NCBI GenBank assembly: GCA_051294905.1
Contig: CM119374.1
Coordinates: 20,584,001 to 20,648,000 of the forward strand
Length of the DNA: 64,000 nt
Origin: Botryllus schlosseri
Lineage: Eukaryota
Reading direction: 5' to 3'
Shown here piece by piece: positions 26,501 through 40,167 of this stretch (position 1 is the stretch's first letter; each line of letters starts with the position of its first letter). A program made the position numbers and the translations under genes. Below the pieces are notes generated by a model that searched no databases, was not told where the DNA came from, and saw only the letters and a program-made list of their open reading frames with translations.

Positions 26501-29500
26501 GATACTATGTTACATATTTACGCGATCCATATTCATTTACGACGTGGGCTAAGCGTTATTCGTCACTTGGCAACCTTATATTACTTTCAACGCTTCGCTT
26601 AACGGATTAATATCAAACCCTGCCCGTGTGTGTATTAGGGCGTTCACGATCGCTCGAAAAAGCTACTTATGTCAATAATCTTTGACAGCCGTCTCCCAAT
26701 TGCTGGTTACAATCGTTCATCATAACTTGCTATAACACTTAACACTGCTGTCGTACTGACTGCTATTATGCAATTTTTGTGAGAATTTATCTGGGTAAAC
26801 ACTTGACAATCTTGACTGCCGTGTATATATCAGACATGAGATGTTGATACACCGGGGCCTACGATAACTTAATTAAGTTAATTAATTAATTAATTTTGCT
26901 GATGTAAATAGTACATTCGAGATATATCAAACGACCAAACTTATTGATGCTACGAAAGTTTATAGAGATAGATATACTCCCAGACATCGAGGTTTTCAGA
27001 AATGTTAACTGCCAATATCACAAAAATGCATTCATTTTCGCCACATTTCGATGGAGTGTTTTGAAAACAAATTGAGTACAAAGGAAATGAGTTTTCGTAA
27101 AAACGCGGTCCTTCATTTAATATCGCTCACTTTGTACCACACAAATGGACTAACATCGACGAGATATTTGTATCGGACCGAAATTTGAATATCGACCGAT
27201 TCCCAATGTACATCAAATTGCTATTTTTGGCTTCATTTCCTAGGCAAGACTATAATTCTCGATATATTACATATTTCAGCATGGGCACCGAAGTTAACGG
27301 TTATATTATTCGGATTCGGTATTCCGGGAAACGAAATTGCAATTTTAATTTGACCATACATTTTATATTCACCAGATTTGGGTATGATGCAGATATAATA
27401 TTTGGCAGTATCAATCGCGATTTGGATTCGAATTCGAGCATATTTAATCCTCGCCAAAGTTCCATTTCGTAAGGTTTATATCATTCGTCACAAAGGTGGC
27501 GAGTGGCGACAGGTCGATTTAACTCCTGGACTGTATTTTGCAACCAGCCATGTAATCTATACTTGGATACCTGCCTGATACGCTACTTCCGGCCATCGTG
27601 ATCAGACTTTGGTGATACGTTGTGAAAATATATCTTCATCTCGACGGACAGGAAATCCGTACATTGAACTCAGTATGCAATGCCGCAAATTGCAATCGAA
27701 GATAGGTTTCGCTTATACGATGGTTGCCTGATCGTTATCATTTACTGTTATATTCCGCATCACGCATCTGGTTATACCAGCCACCAACCTAACGGTCAGC
27801 ATTCTGCATTTCCTTCTATTCGGTTAGGCTATTTGGTGGCGCAAATAGACTCGATGTTTTAAGTGGACAATGTTGGTTACGCGTTTCCATCCATGATTCT
27901 GTCTGAATCTGATCTGAAGCGGAGGAATATTATTTGCGATTATGTGAATCCTAATCCGTTCCGACCTGTCAAGAGCTGACCTCGCCAGCGACAGTTTAAC
28001 ACGCAAAACTGCCATTCGTCTATGATTAAATATGGCGAAATGCCAACCTTAATTTGGATCATTGAGCGGATATATGCCCAAGTTGGGTATTGTACTCGAG
28101 ACGTAGCACTGAAATCGAATAAAATCGTAATTTGAGTCCGCGAACATGTAGAATATAAATGCCCCGAAGTTGCTTGCCCTCTGTCGCTAGTTCGATTTTT
28201 ATCTTCAGATCAAGTATGCGTCGTATTTTCAAAATTAGATTTTAATAAACTTACTAATGCGGCCCGCTTAATGCACACTGCTCCGATAAATTATGCATGA
28301 GAATCGGTGCCGAGGAAAGAAATTCCAGACTGTACTTAAACATTCGGTTCTGAACGACATCCCATGCGCTCACCAAGTATTTTATATTTTATAGGAAGAC
28401 TTTAGTAGGACTGTATGGTCAGTAGTAAAGTGGAGGCTGCAGAATTTCAATGATGGACACATGCACGCCATTGCTACATTGTGACGTCACAACATTTTGA
28501 ATTCGAATTAAGGGGATGCTGTGCCTCTTTTCCAGTCCAGTTAAATCCGTGGAAAGTTGCATTTATTTTTGAAAAAAGTTGCAGAAGTTGCAATTTCACC
28601 ACGTTTTGCTCGGTTGACTAGCAAAAAAAAATTCAACTTCCCAGATTGACTAAAAAAAAAGGTCAATTTTCCGGCTCAGCTCCCGAAATACCCGTAAAAG
28701 CGTTACTTCGGTGCTGATTTACGGTGTTTCAGTCGAATTTGGTCGTGTATTTCTCCAAAATCGAAATTACTTTCATGAAAAATCGAAAAAGTTGCAAAAT
28801 GTTGCAAAAAGTTGCATGAAAAAAATGGTCAAAAGTTGCAAAAATTTGCACTATAAGATTCCTTCAAACAGCTTAAAACAGCATTCTACATATCTTACGA
28901 GTATTTAGGAAGCTGCCGGAAGCTGTAAAAAAAAGTTGCAAAAGTTGCGAAAACTTGCCCTACTTATTACTTATGCATAACGTACCACATACTAATGGCA
29001 TTTTGTCGTGTGTGTTCAAAGGTGTTATGCTTGATAAGGGTTGGATTCGTGTCCGACCGTCATTGACCGAACATTGAATTTGTTTGATCACCTATAGTGA
29101 AAAAGACGCGCTGTTCGTAATCCTGTTACATAAATATGCCTCCCTGTAAAAATCTGTCAGCACATACCGGCTGATATGAAACCTATTCTGCTTGAAAATA
29201 AAGCTTTATACTCCAACCCGCTTCCCAAAATAGTCTTGCTTTGATAAGGTTCAGAAAAGTATGTCATCGCTCGGTCAAATAAATGTTATTCCGAGCGGTT
29301 TTCGAAGCAATACGCACCGACTCAACTTGTTTATCTTTGTCATTGTGCGAGTATACAAGAGTTAGTGACCTGTTGTAGCTGTGTGGAACAGCTGAAAGGC
29401 TATCGTGGCGAAATAACTGGATTGTGAACTCGCAAAGATAACCCCAAATTCAGGCCACGTCATTGCTTACGACTGTAGGGAATCAACATGTTATTAGATA

Positions 29501-32500
29501 TGTCACGGACCACAGTAACCCATATTGGAATCAGTAACTCGTGGTAACTTTACTGTCGTTTCGATGACTCCGACAGTGATTTGTAATCGTATTTTAAACC
29601 TGAAATGTTGCACAATTCAAAATCAATCGGACTTGTTCGATTTGGTATCGCGTGATCTAACAGTAATACCGTACCTCTGGCGCAGATTACTTTGTCACTG
29701 ATAATTTCTTATCCAATCCACATTTTAATTAGACATATCCCCTATAGGCACGGTCATCATTGCTCCATCTCGCCACGGCTAGTTGTGTTTGAAAGCTTGT
29801 CAGATAGTTGTGCGAGTGTAAAACTAATCTTTCACCGCGACTATTCGTATTCTGGTGGTCTGCCGCAAGATGGTATCGGATAATATCGCCATATTAACAG
29901 CGATAGAAATCTACGAGATGGTTTTTGTTGGACCCCAATCTTCGCCATCTGCTACTAATGATACGTTGACTTTGATGTTCAATAGGGCCTCGTGAACCGG
30001 GGTTACTGACACTGAGATATTAACAAATAAAGAGACTCTTGGACGTGCAGAACCGCAGAATTGAATAATAACATTTAATCACGCCGGGCACTTTGATTTT
30101 GAGGTTGTTCTAACCTTTGTCACGTTGAGAAAAGTCTGGAGGTTACGTATATAGTCATATACACTAGACCACATCTATGTCCAAACTCCCGTCGACCTCC
30201 GCCCTATAGTTCAGCAAATTCCAACAAAGAACCGAATTCTTTTCAAAATTTGTGAATAGCTCAGGCTATAGTAAACATTGACAATCCCAACTATTATGAA
30301 TAGGTTCAACGCTCGATACAGCAATATGTGTTGTCAATGTCTGGACAGTACGAATTGATTACATTTTCGCTGAATCGAACCATCGGACAACAGTGATGGG
30401 AATTATTACATGTCACGTGATGAATCACGAGACTTTCCCGCTTGAGACAACTCATGCCGTGAGCGTAATAAACTGGACCGTGTGTTGCGTGTATCTGTGG
30501 AGTTTTCGCCGAAAAGTCCCGTTCGTACTCGATGGTTGTATCGCGGTGTGTTTGCCAGATATTTTTGTTCGAATCGCTTCGCTCTCGCGGAAAGATGCTA
30601 TCTCGATCTTTGTACATTTCGGAAACGCGGATCTTTTGTTCAACGATTAGACACTTCCTCGACAATATCCTATTTCTACGCCCTGCTGTGTTACAGATTT
30701 TTCTCGTGCGCTCACGTCTTGGATAGCGACATGGAATTGATGTTGGCCTTTTTCTTTGCAGATTATTTTCGGTGCTTTATTTTTCATCACGCTCGCCTTC
30801 TCGGCGCCAAAATGTTTTTGTCCGGAGATCTACGAACACATCGACGCACTTTCGCCAAGTAAGTTTTGGTGTGACGCCATCTGATTCTTGACAGATTGCT
30901 GACCCGTCTTTGTAAATATCGTGTTGGGCCCATCTTGGCATCGGCATTAGTTATACTGAGATTCACAGTGCCGCTCTCCTTATGGCTATTTACTATTTCT
31001 GCAGCATACATCTGCGATTTATCACCGTTCCATACCTTTTCTTTGTTTGCAGTGGGCTCTTGACTAGGGTTGGGCTCAATGATACGAGTACCCGTTACCC
31101 GAGCCAGTTACATTCTCTAGTACTGAATCTATACCGCTCTTGCGACTACCAAATATTTATCGATGATGATAATTATTATTGTTTTCATAATTCTTCCTCA
31201 TCACATACGAAATGATTCTTGATGTAGTTGATCTCATAATGTCTTGTTTGCGGTCGAGTGAAGGGTACATATTTTAGCTTTTTGGGCTATAGGCCGAAGC
31301 TATATATCTTGTCATGATGTACATTGTACAGTTACACAGTAGCATACACATGTATCTATATGCGGCATCAGCCCCGTTACCATTTCCGCAAAAATATCAA
31401 ACCATATCATTTGTCACATTATCGAAATTATAACGTTACAAACGTATCGAGGGATTCATCGATATCGCTGAGACATTTGCCCCTGTCGTATACCCAATGC
31501 TTGAAACTCACTGACACGTTGATCAACGATTGGGAACGCATATTTACGCATGAGATCATCACCTATACACACTTTCCATCCGCTGCAGGCTGAAAACTAT
31601 GTTTAGCCAACTTTTAATTGCCCCCTGGCCCCACGCATAGGGATTAGCCACGCGTTTCGGGGCGGTGTAAATCAATTTCTTTCGTGCGTTGTGCATGGGA
31701 TTAATAATGGGAAGAAATCACCCTTTTATTTTGCAAATGTGCAGTGTGCATTGTGCATTTGTGCAATGGATCGCTATTCAATGTTCGTAGTTCGCTAATT
31801 GCTATCGTAACTAGCCTTCTTTTCCTTTCGCAGCTTTCAAAGCGATATACGCCATCGCCGTGCTGGTACTCCTGGGCGTCGTCATAGTCTCAGTACTGTG
31901 TATGTACGGGACGTTTAAAGTAGGACATTTTCTTCTGATACTTTCAGCGCTTACTATGGTCTTGCGCTGTGCAGTCCATTATTGTTGAAACTACGTGTCG
32001 GAGAGACTAAATTTGTTAAAGATAATGCCATTACAAGTTAGCGACTTATTGATCTCGGGTAATACGGTTAGGCCTACATACGTAACACGGTTTTGGTCTC
32101 AAAGAGATTCGATTACGTCTAATTGCTCTGCGTTCGCGTGACTGCCGTGGCCAAACCCAGAGACACAAAATATTAACTGTTCATATTTCCTAGGGTTGCA
32201 TTTAAAACAAACGGTGTTTTAAAACACTTAGTTTTAAACATGTTTTAAACAGTGTTTTAAAATAGGCCTTTCAAAAAAAATTGTGTTTTTTTCAAGTTGT
32301 AAAATTATGCCATAATTGTGTAAATACTTTACAAAAAAACATGTTGTATGAGCCTACGGACGATCACCACCCGATGTAGCCGACGTATATCGATATGGGA
32401 TGGTTGGACTTGGAACCCTCAAAATAGTCCGTTCAAGTGCAATAGTACATATATTTAGTCAACGGAGTTATTTTTACCCTATATTTCAATTGTCAAAGCC

Positions 32501-35500
32501 AATTCACTATGACGTCACAATTCAATATTCGTGACGTCATGGCTTAAAATAAAACATAAAAAAACAATAAAAACATGTTTTAAATTACGGCCGTGTTTTA
32601 AACATGTTTGTTTTAAATTGATTTTTGTTTTAAATGCAACCCTAATCTCTCCCATTCAATTTCGATAACGTGACGTCACACGTAACGTCAGGTCATCGCG
32701 GAAAATGTTTTCGCCTCATCAAGTTCCATCGCAGATATTATGCTTCAATACTCTCCCGTTAGAATACCGTACGACTAACCACACTAGCGTAATGGTACGG
32801 ATACTATCAGTATCAGCAATTTGATTTTTTGCCTTTATTATTGTGTTTCTATTTTAGGCAAGGGCGTGGATGCTTTTGCCATACGTGATAACACTGGGAT
32901 TTGTGTCTGTGGCTACTTTTGCCGGTTCCATATTCATATTTATTCAACTGGCGTATATCGATCAGTACTTGCTATTCGATAACAGCACGTATTGGAATCT
33001 AGCGAAAATGGTAAGTCCAGCGTTCAGCATTACGCTTCTACATGAAACGGTGGTAGTGTTTCGCGTATATTAGCCCGGTATTTTCACTATGCGTGAATAT
33101 TGTTTTAGTGACGGATTTGCTTTCGTATCGAACTTTTCTGCTCTGGTGCGTGATGAGGTGATTCCTAATTAACAATCCTCAGTTACGAAATATGGATTTT
33201 GCGTTGATGACAGAAATACGCACTGCTTAATTAGCCTGGTTTCCGAATGTGACGTCATAATCTTCGGAACAGGAATTTGACAACTGATTGGTACACTGTC
33301 TCGTCTATCGCGCGCTTATACACGAAATTTTGATGTCTCGATATCCATATGGATTCATGCATTCAACGTCACGTGTAGTCGATATCACCTGTATCCGAAG
33401 TCAGCAAACTTGAATTCATGTGATCAGTCGTGTTTTCTAATTCGTCATATTGCTACCACACAGCACGAATTTGCGCGTGACTCCGAAACAGTGGTCGGAC
33501 CTATGATAGAGCCCTTGTTCGAAGACCCCCAAAATTCCGTAAGGCGTGTGTGCACCGGGTACTTTTGCAGCGACAATTGTGTGCCTCAATTATTACTCTT
33601 CCTCCGTACTTGTGGAGTCAATTGCTGTAAAACTTGAAGATGTTGGTAAACGGTTGATGTGATTCACGCTGTCTAGATTCCCAGCACTTACAATGCAAGG
33701 AACCAATCACAATGCCTGTGTGACACTGCTAGCAGTCATATCGCCGGGAATTAGGCGTAATGTTTAGAGCAAATTTAGTTCGATAATGATGTTCAGGCAG
33801 AAGTAGGCTTCATATTGGGACTTTGAATCCTCGTAATTATTGTATAGTATTCGAATAGCTAGCCCTAGCGATCGGGGAAATCAGATATCCGGGTTGGTTT
33901 GCATTTGTCAAAATCTGCTGTAGTCTCAGCTGGCGGTTACACGCATGGAGCCCTATGCACTACACTGTGAATTTCCTTCACCCTTCACGAGTGCCGAGTC
34001 GTTTTTGCTTTCTGTCACAGCCGTCGCTTCGCCTTCGAGAAGCTTCATTTTCTCTTAATTTTTGCATGTTGCTATTCCGACAGTTGAGCGAATTTGCGTA
34101 CCGCTCTGAACAAGCATTCGGACCTATCGTAGGACCGTTGTTCGAAGACCCGCCCAATTCCGTAAGAGACGTGTGAAGCCGGGTATTTTGTGGAAGCTAG
34201 CGGGGTGTTTTTGACTTGATCTCTGTCGACCTAATCGGAAACATCAGTAGAGACATAGGTCGCCGAACAGAAACGAAAAATCTGGCTTTGGAAGTCGCGC
34301 ACGCGCAAACACGAAGCGGACGACACTTTCGCGAATTTTGATGGTCTCTAGATTTAACCTGGTTTGGAAATGCCGGCCGGGCCGGTCCAACCTGGTTACA
34401 AAATCGTGGCGTATCATTCGAATACCAACCACAACCACTAACTAGTACGGTTAGAACGCCATTTTGAAGCGACTGGATTACTTCACAATACAAATCGCTG
34501 TGATTTAAAATAAATCTATCCGAATTCGATAATGCGAGCCGATCAGAACTTAATCTTATTCCAAAAAAAGACTACTGTTTATATTGAATCCCGAATCAAT
34601 ATCAATCAAACTTGGCAATAGTGGTAACTGCAGCATTTATGAAGAGAGCCGGGGAATCACCACGCTCCAGTGTCGCATTATGAAGTAAAAAGCAGATTGT
34701 GACGTCATATGAGTACAGTGACGTTGACAGCCAAAGTACAATGCAGATGGAATGTTTTTAAGCTGGACCAGTCATTTCAGCTAAAGAGAAAAATTTATTG
34801 CTTGGTCAACCAACATTAACAACAAATTGAACTGTAAAAATACCTAAAACCTATAACACACACAAAGAGTTTATAGACAATAATATTAATAATAGCAAGT
34901 AGAATCTGCGTTACAGTACCGACGGGTCCGGCGATACGATCCTTATGATCTTCACGACCAACCGGAATTCAGCAGATTATAAGTAAAGATATACACAATT
35001 CTCCGGGTAACTAGTGAATGACTTTACGCAACCTATCTCTTTATTTCAATAATACAACAGCCAATGGAGATTCCATGGAATTGACATCTACTCGCGAGTA
35101 AGTCGAGTAAGTCCTAGGTTTTCATGATGTGACGCAGAATCAAAACCTTTGATTTCGCTATACGCGGACTCGTCTATAGACGTTCCTGTAGTGTAGTATA
35201 TTTATTACACACAGTTGTCATGAGACAGACAAGGGCGTGGAAACCGCTCTCGTAAAAATCTGGTGTTCGAATCACTAACGTATTTGATAAAAGTTTGAAG
35301 TGCGTCCTTCTCGCTACTTGGGATTCCTGCTGCTCGCGACTAGGAGTTGAAATGACTGACCCTTCGAAAGATTGCCTTTGAAAGGCTTGAGCCAAACAAA
35401 ACATTTTGGATGACAGTCAGGTCGCCTGTCCTCTCTTCTGATTTCACCAGTCAATCAAACTCGGCTGGAAATATAGCCAATCTATTCAATAGTACATCGG

Positions 35501-38500
35501 GAATGTAGTTTATACGGCTTGGTTCGACACAGATCGCCAGCAAGTGTTGAAACAAAATTTAACACTCTTTCGATGCGAGTGGTGAATTTCACCGAGTTCG
35601 CTCGCCCCTGTCATACTATGTGCGCACAGTATGGTTTCATATGTCCTGGGCTCGTGGCACTTCAGCACGAATCGTGCGCGCTTTGGTTGCAGTGTGGTAA
35701 TTTACGATTATCCACAACCTCGGATTGGTCGTGTTTCGACATCCATAATATTAGTACAAAGCCGCGTACGTTCATGGAAATAACATTAAGGTGGTATCAA
35801 CTATCAACCCAGAGCATTGTCACATAAAGCAATTAAATACGCATGGTCTAAGTCGAAATAAGTCCAAATTATCTTCATATGGTATATTATCTTCATATGG
35901 TATAGAACTGCCATTATTTTGTTTGCGGTCGTATGAGAGGTACATGTTTGACCTTTTCGCACCATCTCTACTGCTTATTGCGTCATAGCGAGTGGTAGGC
36001 CACTAGATTTTGCACAGGCCTACTAGTAACTGCTAGTTCGTCATATTACCTTTGTTTGTTTTCGCCTGGGAGAAAAGTCCCTTTATGGGTCATCATAATC
36101 TTACGATGTTACGTGTAAGTTGATGACATAAACATCTGAGTTCGGTACTTTCTCGCCAGCGATTAGCAGCTCTTTTGGGAAAAACATATCCTATTCGTGC
36201 GTGGAAATTGCGCCAGTGCTCCAAAACCAGATTTTTATTTTACGAATAGCTAGTGGAACGGACTTGAATGTCGTCTCAAAGTACCGTAGCGGTTGAACCT
36301 AAATTTTAGCCCGCGTGTTGGTGCATCTCCGCGGTCGCTAGGTGACAATGGCCGCGTGTCTACAGCGTGAAAATACAAAATGGAACTGATTCGCATGACC
36401 GCTAAAATCGAGAACTAATCGGTTACTTGATCGAGTGTATGGAAATTTCAAACCCGATTAGACGTTGATTAGTCCCTTCTTACATGCTATTTGTTTGGTG
36501 ATGTTGCTATTGGGTGGCGTGGCGGTGCATTACTATTCCTATACGATGGTAGCCTACTAGAACTAATCTATCGTCAATACGCATTATCACAGTGATCGGT
36601 GTTGCGGTGTTAACGTATGCCTTGTTTTATTAATCGTTAACAGGTGACATAGAATAGAAATTAGTATGCATGAGCTCTTATCATAGTAGGCTATTTATTC
36701 ACCTGTAGTATTTTCGTTGTTAATTGTAGTTAGGTATTAGTATTCGTAGAGGGTGAAACAGAACTTTTGCTGTACAATGTGCATAGTTTGTATTTTCGTG
36801 CCATAGTTCGGTAATTATCGTGTTCACAAACCCACTAACGGTACCCCTACATGTCGCTTTACTGTAACATAAATTTCGTATCGCCGAATTTCGATGCCTC
36901 AGCAACTATTTACACCCTATCCTTCCTGATTACATTTGGCTATTTGTGTAACTACCGATATTGCTAACCTAAAACGCCGCAAAGAGATACCCGTTTTTCA
37001 GAAACGCTGCATAAGCCCAATTTATGCTCACCTGTGATGCATACCAGTATATTATCTGCTATTCTACCACTACGTAAAATTCGCGGTACCACTTCGTGTT
37101 CCTATTTATCAGGTATTGAAAGACGATCTGATAGCACAACTTGAAGGAATGTGGGCTTCTATCAACGTGCTTCTGAAACAGTTCTTGAGCATGGACATGG
37201 GAGACGAACTGAATCTTAACATGCTGCTGGATCGGGTACGTATCATATTTTATCGTAAGCGCGACACAGGCCAGTCGCTAGGAATAATAAATATACACCC
37301 GGGCGTAGTAGCTAAATAGCATGAGCACATTTAAAGTGCCACAGGTAAAGTTTGAACTCTCTGCGTGTGTTCGCTGTTCGTTGATCACGCTCAGTGTAAG
37401 TAGAAGTACTTGACGACGATATAGAAAACGACATGGTTCGAAAATATACGAGGGAGAAGGGTGGCGATTAGGTGCATGTGTAATGTGGGTAATCTTTTAG
37501 TTTAACAGAGTAGGGCGCACAGATTTTCTTTCTGGCACTGTTACTGCACATTGTACAAGACTACAAGGATGAGATTTTTTGCCCTCTCAATTAGTCTGTT
37601 TTTATTTCCTGGTCTGAAACTGTCTGTGATGGAAATTATGTCCGATAGTTTGGTGTCTAATTCGTATTATCAATCGTGACGTTTTCTAAGCCATAGGATA
37701 TAAGTTTTGCCCGTGTATATCTTGGAGCATCCTTCGAATTTTAGGCGCTTAAAGACGAAGTGATCATTTTGATGGGAGCCAGCAAGAGAGTCATGAAGAT
37801 GTCGGCGGTTTTTCTGCTGCTGGGATTGAATTGGCTTTTCGTAAGTGTCTATTGCAGCAGATTTTTGCACGCTGACTATATTCGCCTCGGTTACTTGCAG
37901 TAATGCAGTTAGGTTTGCTATGTAACCATATAGAATTTTACAATATGTAGTCAGTTGGGAAAAAAACACGTACAACGATAAACTGAAGTGATCTGATAAA
38001 CCACTGACACCGCACCGTCTTACTTTCACACCGAGAGTAGTTGTCTTCCCATTCACTCAGGACTCATCTAACGAATCAGGGTCTGCTTTGTTATTCACTG
38101 CAAGATGGCGCCAGATAGCGAACTTTATCTTGTCCGTATTCCCAGCAACGTAGCTGCCTAATCCAAATCAAATCGCAATTCGCCAGCACACGTAAGTGCT
38201 GTACTGAAAGTTTCAAGCTTTTCCACATTAGATTAGGATTAGAACTATAACTACCCAGTTTATTACAAATTAGATTAGAAGTACGGAGTTCACATAAATT
38301 TAGAAATTGAATTAAATTCCGAATTAGCAAGAAATACAATGATAACCATGTTAATTCCATGTCAAACGTGGCGACGTTTAACGTGCCCGATAGCCTGCGA
38401 TAGTATACGGCAAGTGCGTGGTCTACGGATAGCAGCTTTACAATATAACTAACTTGCAATAGCTGATACGAACGTCCTGAGTGAATCCTTGACTGACAGT

Positions 38501-40167
38501 TCAACAGATTACAGTTGCCTTTTGCAGATATATTGTACGGATGGTTATTAATTCATGTAATTTAAGCAGTAGGTTACAGCATAAATGAGTCTCTCCGAGT
38601 CGATGTGCGCTTGGTTTTATACCAAGGGCGAATATAAGTCGCGTGATGTGGTATTGTTTCATAACGGATAGGAGAGAGAGAATCGGGGCTCTCCATACAA
38701 ATCAGTTCATTCTGATGATCATGAGAATAGCAAGCGTCTGTACACCAAGCTTGGCTCGCTTCGCACGGTACAGCTCTTTTATAGCATTTTTAGGAAAACC
38801 AGAATTTTGATCACAATTAGATTACCGACATCTCTCTCTAATCTCTAATTTATCAACCACAATTGTCAAATTGTTCTAGTTTGCCTGTACTACCGAAGTA
38901 GCCTAAGCTGTGCAACCCGTACCTTACAGGTGTCGTCAATGGTCGTCGCACTATCACATTGGTTCAGGCTGCGCTCGAAGATGGTGAGTCACTTCACGCC
39001 CGTCCCGAACATGATCCTGAGCCAGAGGATAGCCACCGAAACCACCCGGAGTTCGGGCTCGATTTCCATGAGCGACGACTACAGCGGTTTGTCACTTCGT
39101 GAGTTGAAGCGTATGAAGTCCAAATCATACAAGAAGTCTCCTGGCTCCGTTGTCTACTCCAGTACCGTTAAGAGCTCGAAGAAACTTTACGAGATCAGTA
39201 GGCTTGAAGTTGAGGGTAAATTTCCGCGGGACTCGTTTCTTTAGGATGCCGCCGGGATCTATGGCATCACCGGAATCGCCGTCTATCCATGTCCGAATGT
39301 ATTCCGCTCAATAGGTCGGCGCGGGGTCCGATCAAAACGCAATTGAAGGAAGCTACCTTTTTGATAGCGTATTTTCTTCGTAATCGCTTGAATATTGTGA
39401 TTTTTGCACCGTAGCTGTAGTATCATATTGTACACCTTTACCGCTGCTGCTGCAAAAATGCTTGATTCCGGATACGAAGTCCGGACCCGGAATGTAATCA
39501 CCCGGCCTATCGGAACTTGCTGCTAGACACTTTCACTAATATTAGTTTATATTTATATCCGCACGAAACGTACACAGTGTCAGGCGCGTAGTAAATTGCA
39601 TTTGACGACTGTTACCCGCAATGTTAGTGTGACGTCACAAAACCCGCTGCGACGTCACAAAACCCGCTAACTCCGCGTCTGTTTGCTCTAGTTGCAGCTA
39701 TACAAAAGTGTACATTGTACATCTGATGCGAATCGTTGTAGATCAAATAACCCAAAATGCGGTGCAATAATGACGAAATACTCGCCCGTACAAGCCATTG
39801 GGTATGATGCTAGTGATCACACACACGTCTTGAAAGTGCCGAAAATCATAATTTATCCAAATACTTCGAACTAGTGTTGATACGAAATGTGCCAAATGCG
39901 TCATTCTGTAGTTGTCCAGAATATTTTACATTTATACCGTCTCGCTTGTCACTCTTTCCTAATCACGTTATAGATCTTCTTTCTACTACACTTTTATGTC
40001 ACAGAGCCCGTGAACCTGCGAGATATATGTCTTCCAGTCCTTTCGCGTTAGTTAACTTCTTTATATCATTTCAGCTGAAGCCAGAAGGCGTTGAGATTCG
40101 CTCTGACGTTGTGATAGGGGCAAGTTACAAAGTCAGTACGAGTGTGTTGGGTTGTGTTGATGATTAG
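23591..40167 (+). CDS. LAPTM4-like four-TM protein, paralogue A. Exons 23591-23683, 30762-30858, 31834-31919, 32858-33010, [33464-33538 and/or 34084-34161], 37113-37235, 37745-37840, 38930-38983, 40075-40167 (or exon read-through 38930-39244); about 289-371 aa depending on isoform
   Basis: All exons have AG acceptors and GT donors, and phases join. Peptides FCFHPKFDTGTWTITAAFSTV|, IYAIAVLVLLGVVIVSVLCMYGTFK|, ARAWMLLPYV, ALKDEVI...LNWLF| align by eye with vertebrate LAPTM4 (CCHVRTGTILLGVWYL|, IAIAISLLMILICAMATYGAYK|, QRAAWIIPF, YRDDVM). The join across the 7-kb first intron is inferred. Confidence 0.78.
28539..28962 (-). mobile_element. TAGGGCAAGT-family hAT MITE, one end lost
   Basis: Reverse-complement copy of 60701-61102 (AAGTTGCA repeats, ends AAAACTTGCCCTA). 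Confidence 0.75.
32191..32644 (+). mobile_element. hAT MITE, 21-bp perfect TIR TAGGGTTGCATTTAAAACAAA (paralogue A intron 3)
   Basis: TIRs read directly; flanks ATATTTCC / ATCTCTCC (6/8); TTTTAAAC subterminal repeats; inverted copy at 41823-42226. Confidence 0.85.
33464..33538 (+). CDS. Cassette exon 4a of paralogue A (HEFARDSETVVGPMIEPLFEDPQNS, phase 0/0)
   Basis: CACACAG acceptor, TCC|GTAAGG donor, 75 nt; protein-level duplicate of 34084-34161. Confidence 0.75.
34084..34161 (+). CDS. Cassette exon 4b of paralogue A (LSEFAYRSEQAFGPIVGPLFEDPPNS, phase 0/0)
   Basis: CCGACAG acceptor, TCC|GTAAGA donor, 78 nt; protein-level duplicate of 33464-33538. Confidence 0.75.

Noticed and set aside
26283-26552. 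Extra LAPTM exon-3-like segment (GTGLVTIVYVSYLGIRS)
   Set aside because: No donor at the expected position and no neighbouring homologous exons; similarity is weak.
33464-34190. CRISPR-like or simple direct repeat
   Set aside because: Only two diverged copies, conserved at protein level and bounded by splice sites; eukaryotic context. Interpreted as duplicated exons.
36073-36114. Further cassette exon of paralogue A ending at GTAAGT (36115)
   Set aside because: Acceptor is poor and the peptide is unrelated to the family; unsupported without RNA data.
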